This document shows positions 7,909 through 17,207 of a DNA stretch of 39,744 bases, in pieces; the first letter of the stretch is position 1, and each line of letters opens with the position of its first letter. The stretch comes from Acidobacteriota bacterium. Its GTDB lineage: Bacteria > Acidobacteriota > UBA6911 > JACQSX01. Where the stretch lies: NCBI GenBank assembly GCA_036507075.1, contig DASXQR010000107.1, positions 1 to 39,744 of the forward strand, written 5' to 3'. The translations under genes and the position numbers were made by a program. Below the pieces are notes generated by a model. It was not told the DNA's origin and ran no database searches. It saw nothing but the letters and a program-made list of their open reading frames with translations.

Positions 7909-9769
7909 TTTGCCTTTTGCTTGCTTTCTCCAGGCCGGCAACGGCGAAGATCAGAGGATAGAGTCGTTCGAAGTACCAAAGTTTGGCGAAATAGAGGCCG
8001 ATCGGCGACGGAGGCAGCCGCTTTCCGCCTTCAGTATGCTTGATCAACCAGTCGACGGCCGCCGAGACAGCCGACTTGATCCGATCTGACGACAGGGCTG
8101 CCGGTGCACGACCCGAAACATCTTCGGCCGGAAAACCAAAGTCCGTTTCGGCTGCCAGCGCTTCAAGCGCAACGGCGGTCTCTTCGATGGATGATAAAAT
8201 CGAAGGCGCGCCTCCCCATCCTCCATCGGCGTTCTGGGCTGACAGCAGCCAGTGCGACCCACGGGTCGTCATCCGGTAAAGTCCCCGAAAACGTCGACTC
8301 TCCAGGTGGCGCAAGGCTCTCAGTACTCGAGCTGTTCCATAGGTTGCATTCTCATCGTTTTCTGCGAACTGGTTTCCAAACCACAGGGGAATCCAGCTTC
8401 CGTCGTGCCGCTGAACTTTTGCCAGATATTCGATGCCTCGCTCAATGGACCTTTTCGTCTTGACTTGCAGATCCGTCGGAAGGTCATTCAACCACTCCGA
8501 CCAAGCCATTAACGCGTGAGCTGTGATATCCGGGCTGCTTCGATCAAACGGGAGCGTTCCCCATCCTCTGCAAAAAGTGGGGACGCCGCCATCCCGGTTC
8601 TGCAAGTCGATGAGCCATCGAACACCGCTGGTTGCCGCCGTTACGACCCGTTGATCATCGGAGCTCAGATTTCGGAGGGCGAGCAGCACACTCGACGTGT
8701 CGTCCGCGTCGGGAACACCCCCAGTCAAATCCGTCCATGCCCAGCCTCCAGGTTCGGCAAGCGTATAGAGATGTTCTTGCCGGTTCTGTTGGCCGAGCAA
8801 CCAATCCAGGATTCGGTTGCGATCCGAAGTCGGCAGCAATTCAGAGAAGTCGGAATTTTCGGCCAGAGCATTCACCGATAATGTAGTTACCCACGTGCTG
8901 AGGTTCGTGTCGATCGGCCAACTGCCATCTTCGCGTAACGAAGTTTTCAGGAATTGGATCCCCTGGCCAACCACGGAATGGTCTCGAAGCCCGCTTGCCG
9001 CCAGGCTCATGACAACAAAGCTGGTAAGTGGTACCGCTTCCAGAAAACCTCCGCCGGGCGGCTGGATCCTGACAAGGACGTTTAACGTTCTCTGCCGGGC
9101 GAGGTCTCGGAGCAACCGCCGGAATGGGTTTCGCGTGGGTCGGTGCCGGTGCTGTACCACACCAATGGCGATCAAGGCGGGCAGCGCATAGCTGACCACT
9201 GGCAGCCTCAGCCATTTGTAGAATCGCTGCGGCAGCGCCGCCATCTCAAACGGCAGGGGCTCTACCCATCTCCAGGCCTCTCTTCCCTCTCCCAATCGTC
9301 CGGCCAGGGCACAGTTCGTGAGGATGGGGACAGAGAAGGTGTGGTCCGTTCCATACCGATCGGCGATCGCGCTCGCGAGTCGCTCTGGTTCCAAGCTACC
9401 GACGTACTGCTGAATCCAGGCGCGCGCGCGGAGTTCCATCTGCGACCAAGAGGTCGCCAGTTCGCGCGCGAGGCTAAAGGCGGCCCAGCACAAAGCCGTG
9501 GTGCTGATATTACTGACGCTGCGAACAGTGTCTCCCCAGCCGCCGTCCTGATTGCAATTTTGAGCGAGCCACTCCAGCCCCCGGTGGATATAAGAATGGT
9601 AGGTCTGCCGGTCGACAAGACTGAGAGCGGAAATGGCCGTTGCTGTGGAAAGCGCGCTGCTTGACAACTCCCCGACCCAATGGCCCTCCGGTACACGCGC
9701 CGCCAGCAACTCAGCTCTCAATGTCGAAAGGGTTGCATCGGCTGCGGCTTCATCGAGTGAGGTTCGCAT
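7889..9769 (-). CDS. Squalene-hopene-cyclase-like class II terpene cyclase (prenyltransferase/squalene oxidase repeat protein)
   Basis: GHWVGELSSS N-terminus, QW repeats (NQDGGWG, QNRDGGVPTF, QRHDGSW, QNADGGWG), DxDD motif PDADDT, PIGLYFAKLWYFERLYP C-terminus. Start 9769 or 9826. Confidence 0.85.
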   Translation of the reverse strand: MRTSLDEAAADATLSTLRAELLAARVPEGHWVGELSSSALSTATAISALSLVDRQTYHSYIHRGLEWLAQNCNQDGGWGDTVRSVSNISTTALCWAAFSLARELATSWSQMELRARAWIQQYVGSLEPERLASAIADRYGTDHTFSVPILTNCALAGRLGEGREAWRWVEPLPFEMAALPQRFYKWLRLPVVSYALPALIAIGVVQHRHRPTRNPFRRLLRDLARQRTLNVLVRIQPPGGGFLEAVPLTSFVVMSLAASGLRDHSVVGQGIQFLKTSLREDGSWPIDTNLSTWVTTLSVNALAENSDFSELLPTSDRNRILDWLLGQQNRQEHLYTLAEPGGWAWTDLTGGVPDADDTSSVLLALRNLSSDDQRVVTAATSGVRWLIDLQNRDGGVPTFCRGWGTLPFDRSSPDITAHALMAWSEWLNDLPTDLQVKTKRSIERGIEYLAKVQRHDGSWIPLWFGNQFAENDENATYGTARVLRALRHLESRRFRGLYRMTTRGSHWLLSAQNADGGWGGAPSILSSIEETAVALEALAAETDFGFPAEDVSGRAPAALSSDRIKSAVSAAVDWLIKHTEGGKRLPPSPIGLYFAKLWYFERLYPLIFAVAGLEKASKRQKGAVPI

Positions 9770-9825
9770 CGTAGTATCATCCGGGTGTTGCTCAATCAAA
9801 GCCAGCCGAAGATCGACGCATCGCA

Positions 9826-9868
9826 TTCACCGCAGAGCCGCAAAGCACGCCGAGTTTCCGCAGAGCTT
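9826..9868. repeat. CACCGCAGAG-family interspersed repeat (single arm)
   Basis: TTCACCGCAGAGCCGCAAAGCACGCCGAG...CGCAGAG, related to the copies at about 16510 and 18676. Confidence 0.65.
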
Positions 9869-9870
9869 CC

Positions 9871-10755
9871 CTACCACAAACTCAAATGTCCCAACGCAAG
9901 GAGCCCATAGTAGGTGTATTCGCAATCCAGAGCATCGTCAGCCCAATTGCCATAGAAAGCTCCTTTGCTGCTCCATAAACTGTCGACAAAGTTGAGGCAC
10001 GCTTCCGTCAGTCCCTCCAGCGGGACTTGCATTCCCGCCAAGGCGTGAAGAGCGGTCGCAGTTGAAAGAAGATCCGGCATCGGGGCGCCGGGAACGGCGA
10101 AAAAGCCTCCTTCGCGATAGCAGCGGTCAAGCAGCCAGGTCCCTACCGACGGCTCAACGGGCTTCCCGAGAGTCCTGAGCAGAGTTACCGCCGCGGCGGT
10201 CGCGGGTGTCGTTCCGATTGAGGCACGTGGTTGATTTGAAAAAGCGCCATCGGCGGTCTTCGATGACTCCAGGCAATGGAGCACACCGCCCTCATTGGGC
10301 AACTCAGAGCCTAGATCCTGATACGCGCCCTTGGCGAGGAAGCACCCGTAGACGGTGCCGTGCTGAGAACCGGATACCTCGTGATATCCCCCATCGAGCG
10401 ATCGGCGTCCTTCAACCCTGTTGAGAATCGCCTGTCGTATCCATGGTTCCGGAGACGTTCCAGGGAGGCAGGCATAACAGCGCGCCAGACAGGTCAGATG
10501 AACGAAGTCGAGGGAATCACCCGAGCCAAAGGAGCAAACGTAATTCTGGACCGGCACTGGAAGATCCGCCTGCAAAGCGATAAGAGCTTCCAGGCCGAAT
10601 ACCGTGTAATAAAGATCGCTCTTGCCAGAGCGATCCTTGAAGCCGCCGTCGTCGTTTAACTGTCCTCGAATAAAATCAACAACCAAGTCGCGGGAGTCAG
10701 ACAGCAGTTGCGGCGCCAGACGCGCGACCTGCAGCATTTCTAGCCTCAAACTCAC
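9871..10755 (-). CDS. Single (alpha/alpha)6-barrel prenyltransferase-beta-like protein
   Basis: PFTB/QW-like repeats QLNDDGGF, DGGY, DGAF, EGGF; DLYYT, PDLLST and DCEYTYYGL motifs; no DxDD. Confidence 0.8.
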   Translation of the reverse strand: MSLRLEMLQVARLAPQLLSDSRDLVVDFIRGQLNDDGGFKDRSGKSDLYYTVFGLEALIALQADLPVPVQNYVCSFGSGDSLDFVHLTCLARCYACLPGTSPEPWIRQAILNRVEGRRSLDGGYHEVSGSQHGTVYGCFLAKGAYQDLGSELPNEGGVLHCLESSKTADGAFSNQPRASIGTTPATAAAVTLLRTLGKPVEPSVGTWLLDRCYREGGFFAVPGAPMPDLLSTATALHALAGMQVPLEGLTEACLNFVDSLWSSKGAFYGNWADDALDCEYTYYGLLALGHLSLW

Positions 10756-12418
10756 TGCACCAGCCCTTAATCTCGACGTTGAAGATCTTACCGATTACCC
10801 GACGCAGCAGTCCTTTGATATTGGCGTTGTCGAGTGCGCGCAGGGAGCGGACGGCCTCTTCCTTGTAGGACTCCAGAAGCTGCTCAGCCCGCTCTCTGAC
10901 TTTCAGGTCCGTAAGGATTCGCTGAAATTCCTCAGGGTTTAGATCAAGGTCCGGATCGCGCCGCCACACCAACTCGAGCGTATTTTTTACTTCATGGGCG
11001 GCCCGCTCGTAAGCGATCGCAAGCAATAGCGACGGGCGCAGGGCAAAGACTTTTTTATTTCCCGCATCGGCTTGGGAATCTTCCAAATCGTCGCGGATCT
11101 GATACGCAATTCCAAGGGCCTCACTGTACTCGCCGAGCACCTTGCAAACGCTTTCGTCGGCCCCTGCACAAATGGCTCCCAGGCGCAGCGCTACTTCAAA
11201 AGCCGGAGCGGTCTTCCGCCGGAAGATGTCCAGAACTTCAACCGACCTCAAAGGCGCGGGATTGCGCATCCAGCAAAGCTCCGCCCCCTGTCCAAGACAT
11301 AACTGACGATGACCTTCGGCCGCAACGCGCAGCATTTCCAACTTGCGTTCCGGCGGTGCCGGGCTGGACGCGATCATCCGATAACCCTCGCCAATCAAAA
11401 GGTCCCCCACATTCAGGGCGACTGGAACTCCATGTTCTTCATGCAGTGTCTTCTCTCCGTAGCGCAGCGAATCCTGGTCTTCGATATCATCGTGAACCAG
11501 CGAGGCCTTATGGAAGCATTCGACGGCCACCGCGATTTTGCGGAACTCATCTTCAATCCTGGCTTCCGGATCGTCCTGGAAGGCTTGAAACACGCACGTC
11601 GTGAGGAAAGGCCGCCAGCGTTTTCCTGACTTTGCCAGCCAATCAAGCGAAATTGTCTCGGTGGCGCTGCCGGAAGGCTCAAGTATGGACGACAAAACTT
11701 CCCGGGAGAACCAGGAATCCACTTCACGCCGCAGAGCGTCCAGATCCATCCTTCGCGTCTTGTCGGCGCTGGTCAGGTGGATTACATCCCAGACCCAATC
11801 GATATCGACTGTTGTATCCTTGCAGTCGTCCTGAAGCAGCGGAATGGCGATGCCCGGAACAGCCGCCGCTTCCATGTACGGGAAAGCACGCTCCAGCACC
11901 GACAGGCAGCTTACGCCGACAATCGCATCTATTTTCCCGGTCTGGATCAGGGACATCACGATGGGCGAACCCTCCGCAACCAGCACCGCGTATCCCAGCC
12001 GCTCGGCTTCCACTTGCAAATCCTGAATGGAACAAAGACCGCACTGCTTGCAGAGCAGACCGAATTCGTCGAACGGCGCGGGGCATTGATCTTCCACCCG
12101 CAGGCACTTGGGGAGTAGCAGCAGCCGGCGCTGGTAGGGAATTGCCGCCAGAGTTTCCCGCCAGGCTTCATTGTTGACCAAAACCGCAATGTAGTCCTTG
12201 TAAGTTTCATCCAGGCGCGCGCCTTCGACAATAACGTCCGTATGCGAACGCAATTCGTCAAGTGACAGTGGGGTCACAAGGTTGTGCGTCCTGACAAAAT
12301 CGCGAACGACACGCAAGATTTGGTCGCGCTCCCGTTTAGTGTCCGGAATGCCGGGGTGCGGAGGTCGGCTTTTCAGGATCGGCACAGGCTTGGGAAGACT
12401 AAGTACCGGCAACTGCAT
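10697..12418 (-). CDS. DUF116 domain-polyprenyl diphosphate synthase fusion
   Basis: DUF116-like LLLPKCLR..C..CKQCGLC..GVSC..DCKDT, then GKRWRP, FARM HDDIED, GQ, RKT and SARM RDDLED. AAGGGGG RBS before ATG 12418. Confidence 0.88.
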   Translation of the reverse strand: MQLPVLSLPKPVPILKSRPPHPGIPDTKRERDQILRVVRDFVRTHNLVTPLSLDELRSHTDVIVEGARLDETYKDYIAVLVNNEAWRETLAAIPYQRRLLLLPKCLRVEDQCPAPFDEFGLLCKQCGLCSIQDLQVEAERLGYAVLVAEGSPIVMSLIQTGKIDAIVGVSCLSVLERAFPYMEAAAVPGIAIPLLQDDCKDTTVDIDWVWDVIHLTSADKTRRMDLDALRREVDSWFSREVLSSILEPSGSATETISLDWLAKSGKRWRPFLTTCVFQAFQDDPEARIEDEFRKIAVAVECFHKASLVHDDIEDQDSLRYGEKTLHEEHGVPVALNVGDLLIGEGYRMIASSPAPPERKLEMLRVAAEGHRQLCLGQGAELCWMRNPAPLRSVEVLDIFRRKTAPAFEVALRLGAICAGADESVCKVLGEYSEALGIAYQIRDDLEDSQADAGNKKVFALRPSLLLAIAYERAAHEVKNTLELVWRRDPDLDLNPEEFQRILTDLKVRERAEQLLESYKEEAVRSLRALDNANIKGLLRRVIGKIFNVEIKGWCSEFEARNAAGRASGAATAV

Positions 12419-12428
12419 GAATACCCCC

Positions 12429-14027
12429 TTAGGGATGGTAGACAATGGTGTTTGTCTGACCGGGTACGGCATCTCTGGCGACACCGGCTGCGCGCGCTGC
12501 AATCTGCTTTCGGGCTGAGGAGAAGTGCTTACGCCAGGACACGATCTCCGATTTCCCGAGCATTTGAATGGCCATGCGTTTCATCCAGGAGACGCCTCCG
12601 GCGCGCTGATTGTCCCAGTAAAGCTTCGGCACCCAGCGGAAATTGATCTCATAACAGGTCGTGTAAAGCTCGAGATGGTCCGCTCTCATTTCCCGAACAG
12701 TGAAGCGCTCGCCGCGCATCGGGTGCGAGACCAGGACCGGTTCGTGAAAAATTGGAAAGACAACGGCTCGCTGTCTGGCAAGATATCGCACCAACTTAAG
12801 CGTACGGGCAACATCGTCTGGTGTTTCACCCGGCAGCCCCAGGATCACGCTGAAAACGGAGAAGAAGCCGGTCCTTGTCATCAGATCGGCTGCCTGGCGA
12901 ACCATCTCTTCCCAGTCCTCCGGGCGGAAGGGGGCCATCTTTCCCGGTCCGTTGGCGTACACAAGATGACCGTTGGCGCTCTCCACACCCATATTCACCC
13001 AGAGGTAATCGGTCGGTTTCTGCCATGTCAGCAGCCGTCTGACCTCTCTTAGCTGCTCGGCGTTGAGCTGAAGGACAGAGGAGATGTTGGCATGGTCGAT
13101 CTGCATGAAAGAGAGACCGCGTACCTTTCGCATCTCTGACAGAAGCGAGTGCAGGCGGTTGTATCGAACCTTGGGGCCGTATCCGCCATAGCGGAAAAAA
13201 TCCTCGCTGCCGCTGACCACTGCCGGCACGCCGGCGCGGACGTTGGTCTCGAGATCGGAAACGATGGTATCCGGAGGAACGTGGCTCATCTTCTTGAAGG
13301 CCAAAGTGCAAAACTGGCAGGCCTTGCCACAGCCCCGCGAAATCTCCACCACGCCCAGCATCGAAGCGGCACGCAGGGCGCGGATTTGCTCGCAGGCAGT
13401 GCCTCGCTCACAGACATGGGATGGTGCCGGGCAGCCTTCGATGAGATCCATGAAAAGCCTGGGACCAATCGCCTCAAAGTAGCCTTCGAAAACAGTATCA
13501 ATCCCCTGCATGCCGGCTTCTTCGGGGTTCTGGATCCACTGCCAGCTTCCGGCGCCGCCGCCTACTACCTTGAACCCGTATTTTTTCTTGGCGGCTTTGA
13601 CAGCCGCCATCATCCGGTTCATCCAGGTACGTGTGTAGAGTTCACCGCGCCAAAAATTGGTCGTAGTGGTGTTGGTCATTCCTCGACCCAGTGGATCGCT
13701 CGAACTTACGCCCACGACCTTGACCCAGGGCCCCAGCAGTTTCGGCAGAGCCTCCGGCGTAGTGCAGACCACGTCGCTTTGAGTAAGGGGAGTATCAGAC
13801 AGGAGGGCCGATTCCATGCGGCGAATTCCCAATGGAGCCGTCTTTGCGCGACCTTGATCGTCCACTGCAATTGGGGGGGACACAAAACGACGCATGGCCC
13901 ACTCGGGAACCTGGGTAGTCTGCATCGTGGCAAAGATCCCTTCAAAGAGGACCTTGTAGTCGGCGCTGAGCGTTCGGTCGGCTACCAGCACGACGGCTGG
14001 CTTTAGTCTTGGTTCACTCACCGGCAT
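12429..14027 (-). CDS. Radical SAM enzyme with B12-binding-like N-terminal domain, Grs/Gms-like
   Basis: CxxxCxxC motif [25 protein letters not shown]; family-like motifs [30 protein letters not shown] and [14 protein letters not shown]. Confidence 0.85.
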   Translation of the reverse strand: MPVSEPRLKPAVVLVADRTLSADYKVLFEGIFATMQTTQVPEWAMRRFVSPPIAVDDQGRAKTAPLGIRRMESALLSDTPLTQSDVVCTTPEALPKLLGPWVKVVGVSSSDPLGRGMTNTTTTNFWRGELYTRTWMNRMMAAVKAAKKKYGFKVVGGGAGSWQWIQNPEEAGMQGIDTVFEGYFEAIGPRLFMDLIEGCPAPSHVCERGTACEQIRALRAASMLGVVEISRGCGKACQFCTLAFKKMSHVPPDTIVSDLETNVRAGVPAVVSGSEDFFRYGGYGPKVRYNRLHSLLSEMRKVRGLSFMQIDHANISSVLQLNAEQLREVRRLLTWQKPTDYLWVNMGVESANGHLVYANGPGKMAPFRPEDWEEMVRQAADLMTRTGFFSVFSVILGLPGETPDDVARTLKLVRYLARQRAVVFPIFHEPVLVSHPMRGERFTVREMRADHLELYTTCYEINFRWVPKLYWDNQRAGGVSWMKRMAIQMLGKSEIVSWRKHFSSARKQIAARAAGVARDAVPGQTNTIVYHP

Positions 14028-14907
14028 CGCCCTTGGAGATGCTCGATACAGGGCCCGTAGACTGACGTTGCAACGCCTCTTCGGCGGCCAGTCGAGCTTT
14101 TTCGGCTCTGAACTTTATTTCATCGGGGCTGGGCAGGGACATCAGAACCTCGGGAGGGATGTCGACTTGCGCTTGCAGTTTCTCCAGGCACTTGCGGCGC
14201 TCCTTGAGCGCTCTCTCATCATCTCTCTCCCTGGCAAAGCGGGTCTGCGCTCGCTGGCTCCGTTCCCGCAACAGAGCGTAAATATCTCCGCCAAGAAGCG
14301 CCGAGATATCAATCTTCATCTTCTCTCGCTGAAGATCCGCCTCACTCACGACGTCGCCGTTGATGGGCCCGGCTTTGTACTTGGGGAAGAGGATCGCAAC
14401 TTCCGGACAGACGCGCGAACAGGCAGGGCAATCCGTCTTGCATTTTTGCGGATTCCGGACTTGGATCTTTCCTTCGGCTGAAGCGCTGTAGACATCGAAA
14501 AGGCAGAAGCTTAGACACTGCATGCAGTTCGTGCAGCGGTCGTAATCGATTACCGGGAACCAGGGCTTCCATCCTCCCGGCTTCTTCGCTTCGGATTCGT
14601 CCAAAACGGCATCGACGATTTCAACAACACCGGCAGCGCCGAGACCGTGGATGTCGCGAAAAAAAACAGGAATCTCGCTCTCGACAGCGGCTCCATCCGG
14701 TATTCCCTGCTCGCCAAAATGCCCCAGCACCAGAAGAGGGCGACCATCAGACGAAACGGCTCCATCCCGTGAACCGGTGCATGTAACCGCATGACCGCGC
14801 TCCAGAAGCGCTTTGACGGTCTGAAAGCGCTGGCTATCGGGAAGGGTCTGGCTGCCGGCGCCTTCATACACGACGATGTGCAAAAAAGAGGAAACTCCTG
14901 AACTCAC
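14014..14907 (-). CDS. 2x[4Fe-4S] ferredoxin-domain protein with N- and C-terminal extensions
   Basis: [11 protein letters not shown] and [16 protein letters not shown] 14907 overlaps the upstream TGA (GTGA coupling). Confidence 0.85.
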   Translation of the reverse strand: MSSGVSSFLHIVVYEGAGSQTLPDSQRFQTVKALLERGHAVTCTGSRDGAVSSDGRPLLVLGHFGEQGIPDGAAVESEIPVFFRDIHGLGAAGVVEIVDAVLDESEAKKPGGWKPWFPVIDYDRCTNCMQCLSFCLFDVYSASAEGKIQVRNPQKCKTDCPACSRVCPEVAILFPKYKAGPINGDVVSEADLQREKMKIDISALLGGDIYALLRERSQRAQTRFARERDDERALKERRKCLEKLQAQVDIPPEVLMSLPSPDEIKFRAEKARLAAEEALQRQSTGPVSSISKGDAGE

Positions 14908-15257
14908 GACTGCTTCTCCTCTGAATCTTCTGAAATGCTCACCAGCAGCGGTTTGACGACATTTTCCGCGGTTTCCACACGCATGTTTAGAACCTCTACG
15001 TCCTCCTGCAGTGGCGCATCGGCCGCGGCGAACAGCCATTTAACGGCGCGAGGATAGCAGGCAGCAATTTTAAGTCCTTTTTCTTCGGCAAATTTCCTCA
15101 TGGCGGGGTCCCGCCGAGCCGACATCTCGCAAAGATCTGCTACGGCATCGAAAGCGATGGCTGAGCCGGACAACCTGCTCAGCACCTCTTCCTTGACCGC
15201 CTCGGGCACGACGCGGGCGTAAGCGCAGTGGCAATAGAGAACGCGACATTCCCGCAA
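14904..15257 (-). CDS. Small Cys protein resembling the heterodisulfide reductase HdrA N-terminal Fe-S domain
   Basis: LYCHC...DLC...IAACYPR...LNMR mirrors the HdrA pattern CHCG...LC...AACSPR...NIRE. GAAGGAG RBS before the TTG start. Confidence 0.7.
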   Translation of the reverse strand: MRECRVLYCHCAYARVVPEAVKEEVLSRLSGSAIAFDAVADLCEMSARRDPAMRKFAEEKGLKIAACYPRAVKWLFAAADAPLQEDVEVLNMRVETAENVVKPLLVSISEDSEEKQS

Positions 15258-15281
15258 GTTGATATCTCCTTCGAAAACAGG

Positions 15282-16400
15282 CTACACGTCCACGCCAATC
15301 TTCGCAATACGATACGTCGGGACAGGTCTGCCAGGACGGAAGTGCTCCATATGCTCGATCTGGAGGGTCATGTTTCCATCCGAGCAGGCACGCAAAGCAG
15401 AATCGGTGGCTGCATACAGTTGATCGGGAGACGATTCTGCGCGAAGGTTCAAGATAAGCTGACCCGTCTGCAGCGGGTCAAGAAGCGACTGGGAGAGCTC
15501 GGGAATGTAATCGTTTCGAACCAGATTGATAACGGCCAGTTCTCCGCTTTCATCATCGGGAGAAAGGGTCATCTTGAGGTGAGCGATTTCAGCCTCGCCG
15601 GCCTGCATATGCCGCTGGATTGTCTGGGCTATCCTCATAAGCAGAGCGTCACCGTCGAAGGGTTGCACAGCGCGAACTTCCACGGTGCAATTCAGCCATC
15701 CCAGCAAAGACTCTCCTTCCGCGTAAAGGTCATAGTCCAGGTCCATGGCCTCGTCGTTTCCGAGTTCGTGCGCCGTGATGCGGCCAAACCAATCGTCCAA
15801 TCCGGTGCCGTAACGCGCCGAACATACCAGCACCTCGGCGGTTGGAAAACCAGCGGCCAGGGCACTTCGAAGGCGTTCGAGCCTGCCGGCTTCGAGAAGG
15901 TCGCACTTGTTGATGACAATCAGGTCTGCCTCCTCGAGCTGCTTGCGGTAGACATAGGCCACCTTCTCTGAGAACGCGCGTCCCGGCTCCAGTCCCAGGA
16001 TACGGAGCGCGCGCAGAGGGTCTACCAGGACACTGAGAGGCGCAATCGTAAAATCGTGACCATAGATGCGACGCAAAGGATAGCTGACGGAAGCCACCAG
16101 GTCCGTGCAACTTCCGACGGGCTCAGCGATAAACACATCCGGTCGAGAATGTTTCGACAAACTGCTTGCCGCTTCCACCAGCGAGTTGAAGCGACAGCAG
16201 AAGCAGCCGCCTGCGATTTCCTCTACCGGGAAACCATGAGATTGGAGGAATGCCGTATCGACTAATCCTTCCCCCTGGTCGTTGGTAATCAGGCCCACTC
16301 TCAGACCTTGATTCGTGAAATGGCGGGCGAGTCGGGAGACCGAAGTGGATTTTCCGGAACCCAGGAAACCGCCTACCATGATGTATCGCGCCTTTGCCAT
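15282..16400 (-). CDS. CobW/COG0523-family (P47K) metallochaperone GTPase
   Basis: Walker A GGFLGSGKST, ND-x-G, GCFCC metal motif, EPVG Walker B, NKCD. GAGGA RBS before ATG 16400. Confidence 0.9.
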   Translation of the reverse strand: MAKARYIMVGGFLGSGKSTSVSRLARHFTNQGLRVGLITNDQGEGLVDTAFLQSHGFPVEEIAGGCFCCRFNSLVEAASSLSKHSRPDVFIAEPVGSCTDLVASVSYPLRRIYGHDFTIAPLSVLVDPLRALRILGLEPGRAFSEKVAYVYRKQLEEADLIVINKCDLLEAGRLERLRSALAAGFPTAEVLVCSARYGTGLDDWFGRITAHELGNDEAMDLDYDLYAEGESLLGWLNCTVEVRAVQPFDGDALLMRIAQTIQRHMQAGEAEIAHLKMTLSPDDESGELAVINLVRNDYIPELSQSLLDPLQTGQLILNLRAESSPDQLYAATDSALRACSDGNMTLQIEHMEHFRPGRPVPTYRIAKIGVDV

Positions 16401-16455
16401 TGCGGAGGTCCTCAATTCTGGTAATGGGTCAGTTTCGCCTTTCCTGTAATCGGAC

Positions 16456-16550
16456 TTCTCGGCGTAAACTTAGCGTTTTCTGCGGCTCTGCGGTGAAAGG
16501 CGTCGGAATTCACCGCAGAGTCGCAAAGGCCGCTGAGGTTTCGCCGAGAA
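16456..16550. repeat. Inverted pair of CACCGCAGAG-family repeats (long imperfect hairpin)
   Basis: TTCTCGGCG...GCGGCTCTGCGGTGAA / TTCACCGCAGAGTCGC...CGCCGAGAA. Confidence 0.8.
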
Positions 16551-16577
16551 CTTCACAATTCAAACTGACCCATTACC

Positions 16578-17036
16578 TTAATTCTGCTTGCCTTGTATCC
16601 TGTCGATGGTGGAGTCAAGGATATCTACATAGCCGTGCACGCTCACCGAATCAGCATCAGGTGAGCCTCGAACTGCATACAACCAGCCCTTGCCGTAGGG
16701 ATCGCGGTGGAGAAGCTCAATCTTGGTTTGAAGATCGGGGTTTTCCTGCTGGAACTCGCCATTGACAACGCAGTACAAATCGCTGGTAGCCTTGAACCCC
16801 TCGATCCATCCGATGATTTGGCCTGTGCGGACAAGCTCGCCTGCCTGCACCTCAAACCCGCATTCCACTATTTCACCCAACATTCGAATTGCGAACTTGG
16901 TGAATCCGATCCGCCAAATGTCCTGTTCCTGAGGGGCGATCCAGAAGTGCGATCCCGTGTAGAGCCGCTCGGCTGGAAGTCGCGTCGAAAACCGAGATCG
17001 TTTGTAACGGATAGACTCCTCAGGTTTGGAAACCAA
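16578..17036 (-). CDS. Glycine cleavage H-like lipoyl-carrier protein (orphan)
   Basis: YTGSHFW, RIGFTKFA..LGEI, Lys motif IEGFKATSDL, N..L..DPYGKGWLY; also has an N-terminal YKRSRFSTRLP extension. Confidence 0.85.
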   Translation of the reverse strand: MVSKPEESIRYKRSRFSTRLPAERLYTGSHFWIAPQEQDIWRIGFTKFAIRMLGEIVECGFEVQAGELVRTGQIIGWIEGFKATSDLYCVVNGEFQQENPDLQTKIELLHRDPYGKGWLYAVRGSPDADSVSVHGYVDILDSTIDRIQGKQN

Positions 17037-17207
17037 GCAAAATCACCTTTGGCACGAACGCCTCGTTCAGCGCTTTTTGTCCTGAAGGTCGTGATTCAAA
17101 TTGTTTATGGTCGGCAAAAGAATAGCCCGCGCTCCCGGAAAAGCACAAGAGCTTTGTCCTACTGGGTACCCGAAAATTCCGCATCTTGTGTCCTGTGTGG
17201 CCGTTAT

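Noticed and set aside
7319..8089. 256-aa ORF as a real gene
   Set aside because: It is the IS3 orfB frame running on into the antisense strand of the cyclase gene.
7889..9769. Calling the cyclase shc/hpnF (hopanoid synthesis)
   Set aside because: Active-site context is divergent and no other hpn genes are present.
15282..16400. Cobalamin biosynthesis (cobW)
   Set aside because: No cob/cbi genes are nearby, and COG0523 proteins serve many metalloenzymes.
16578..17036. Glycine cleavage system
   Set aside because: No P, T or L protein genes are in the window, and the Lys context is atypical.
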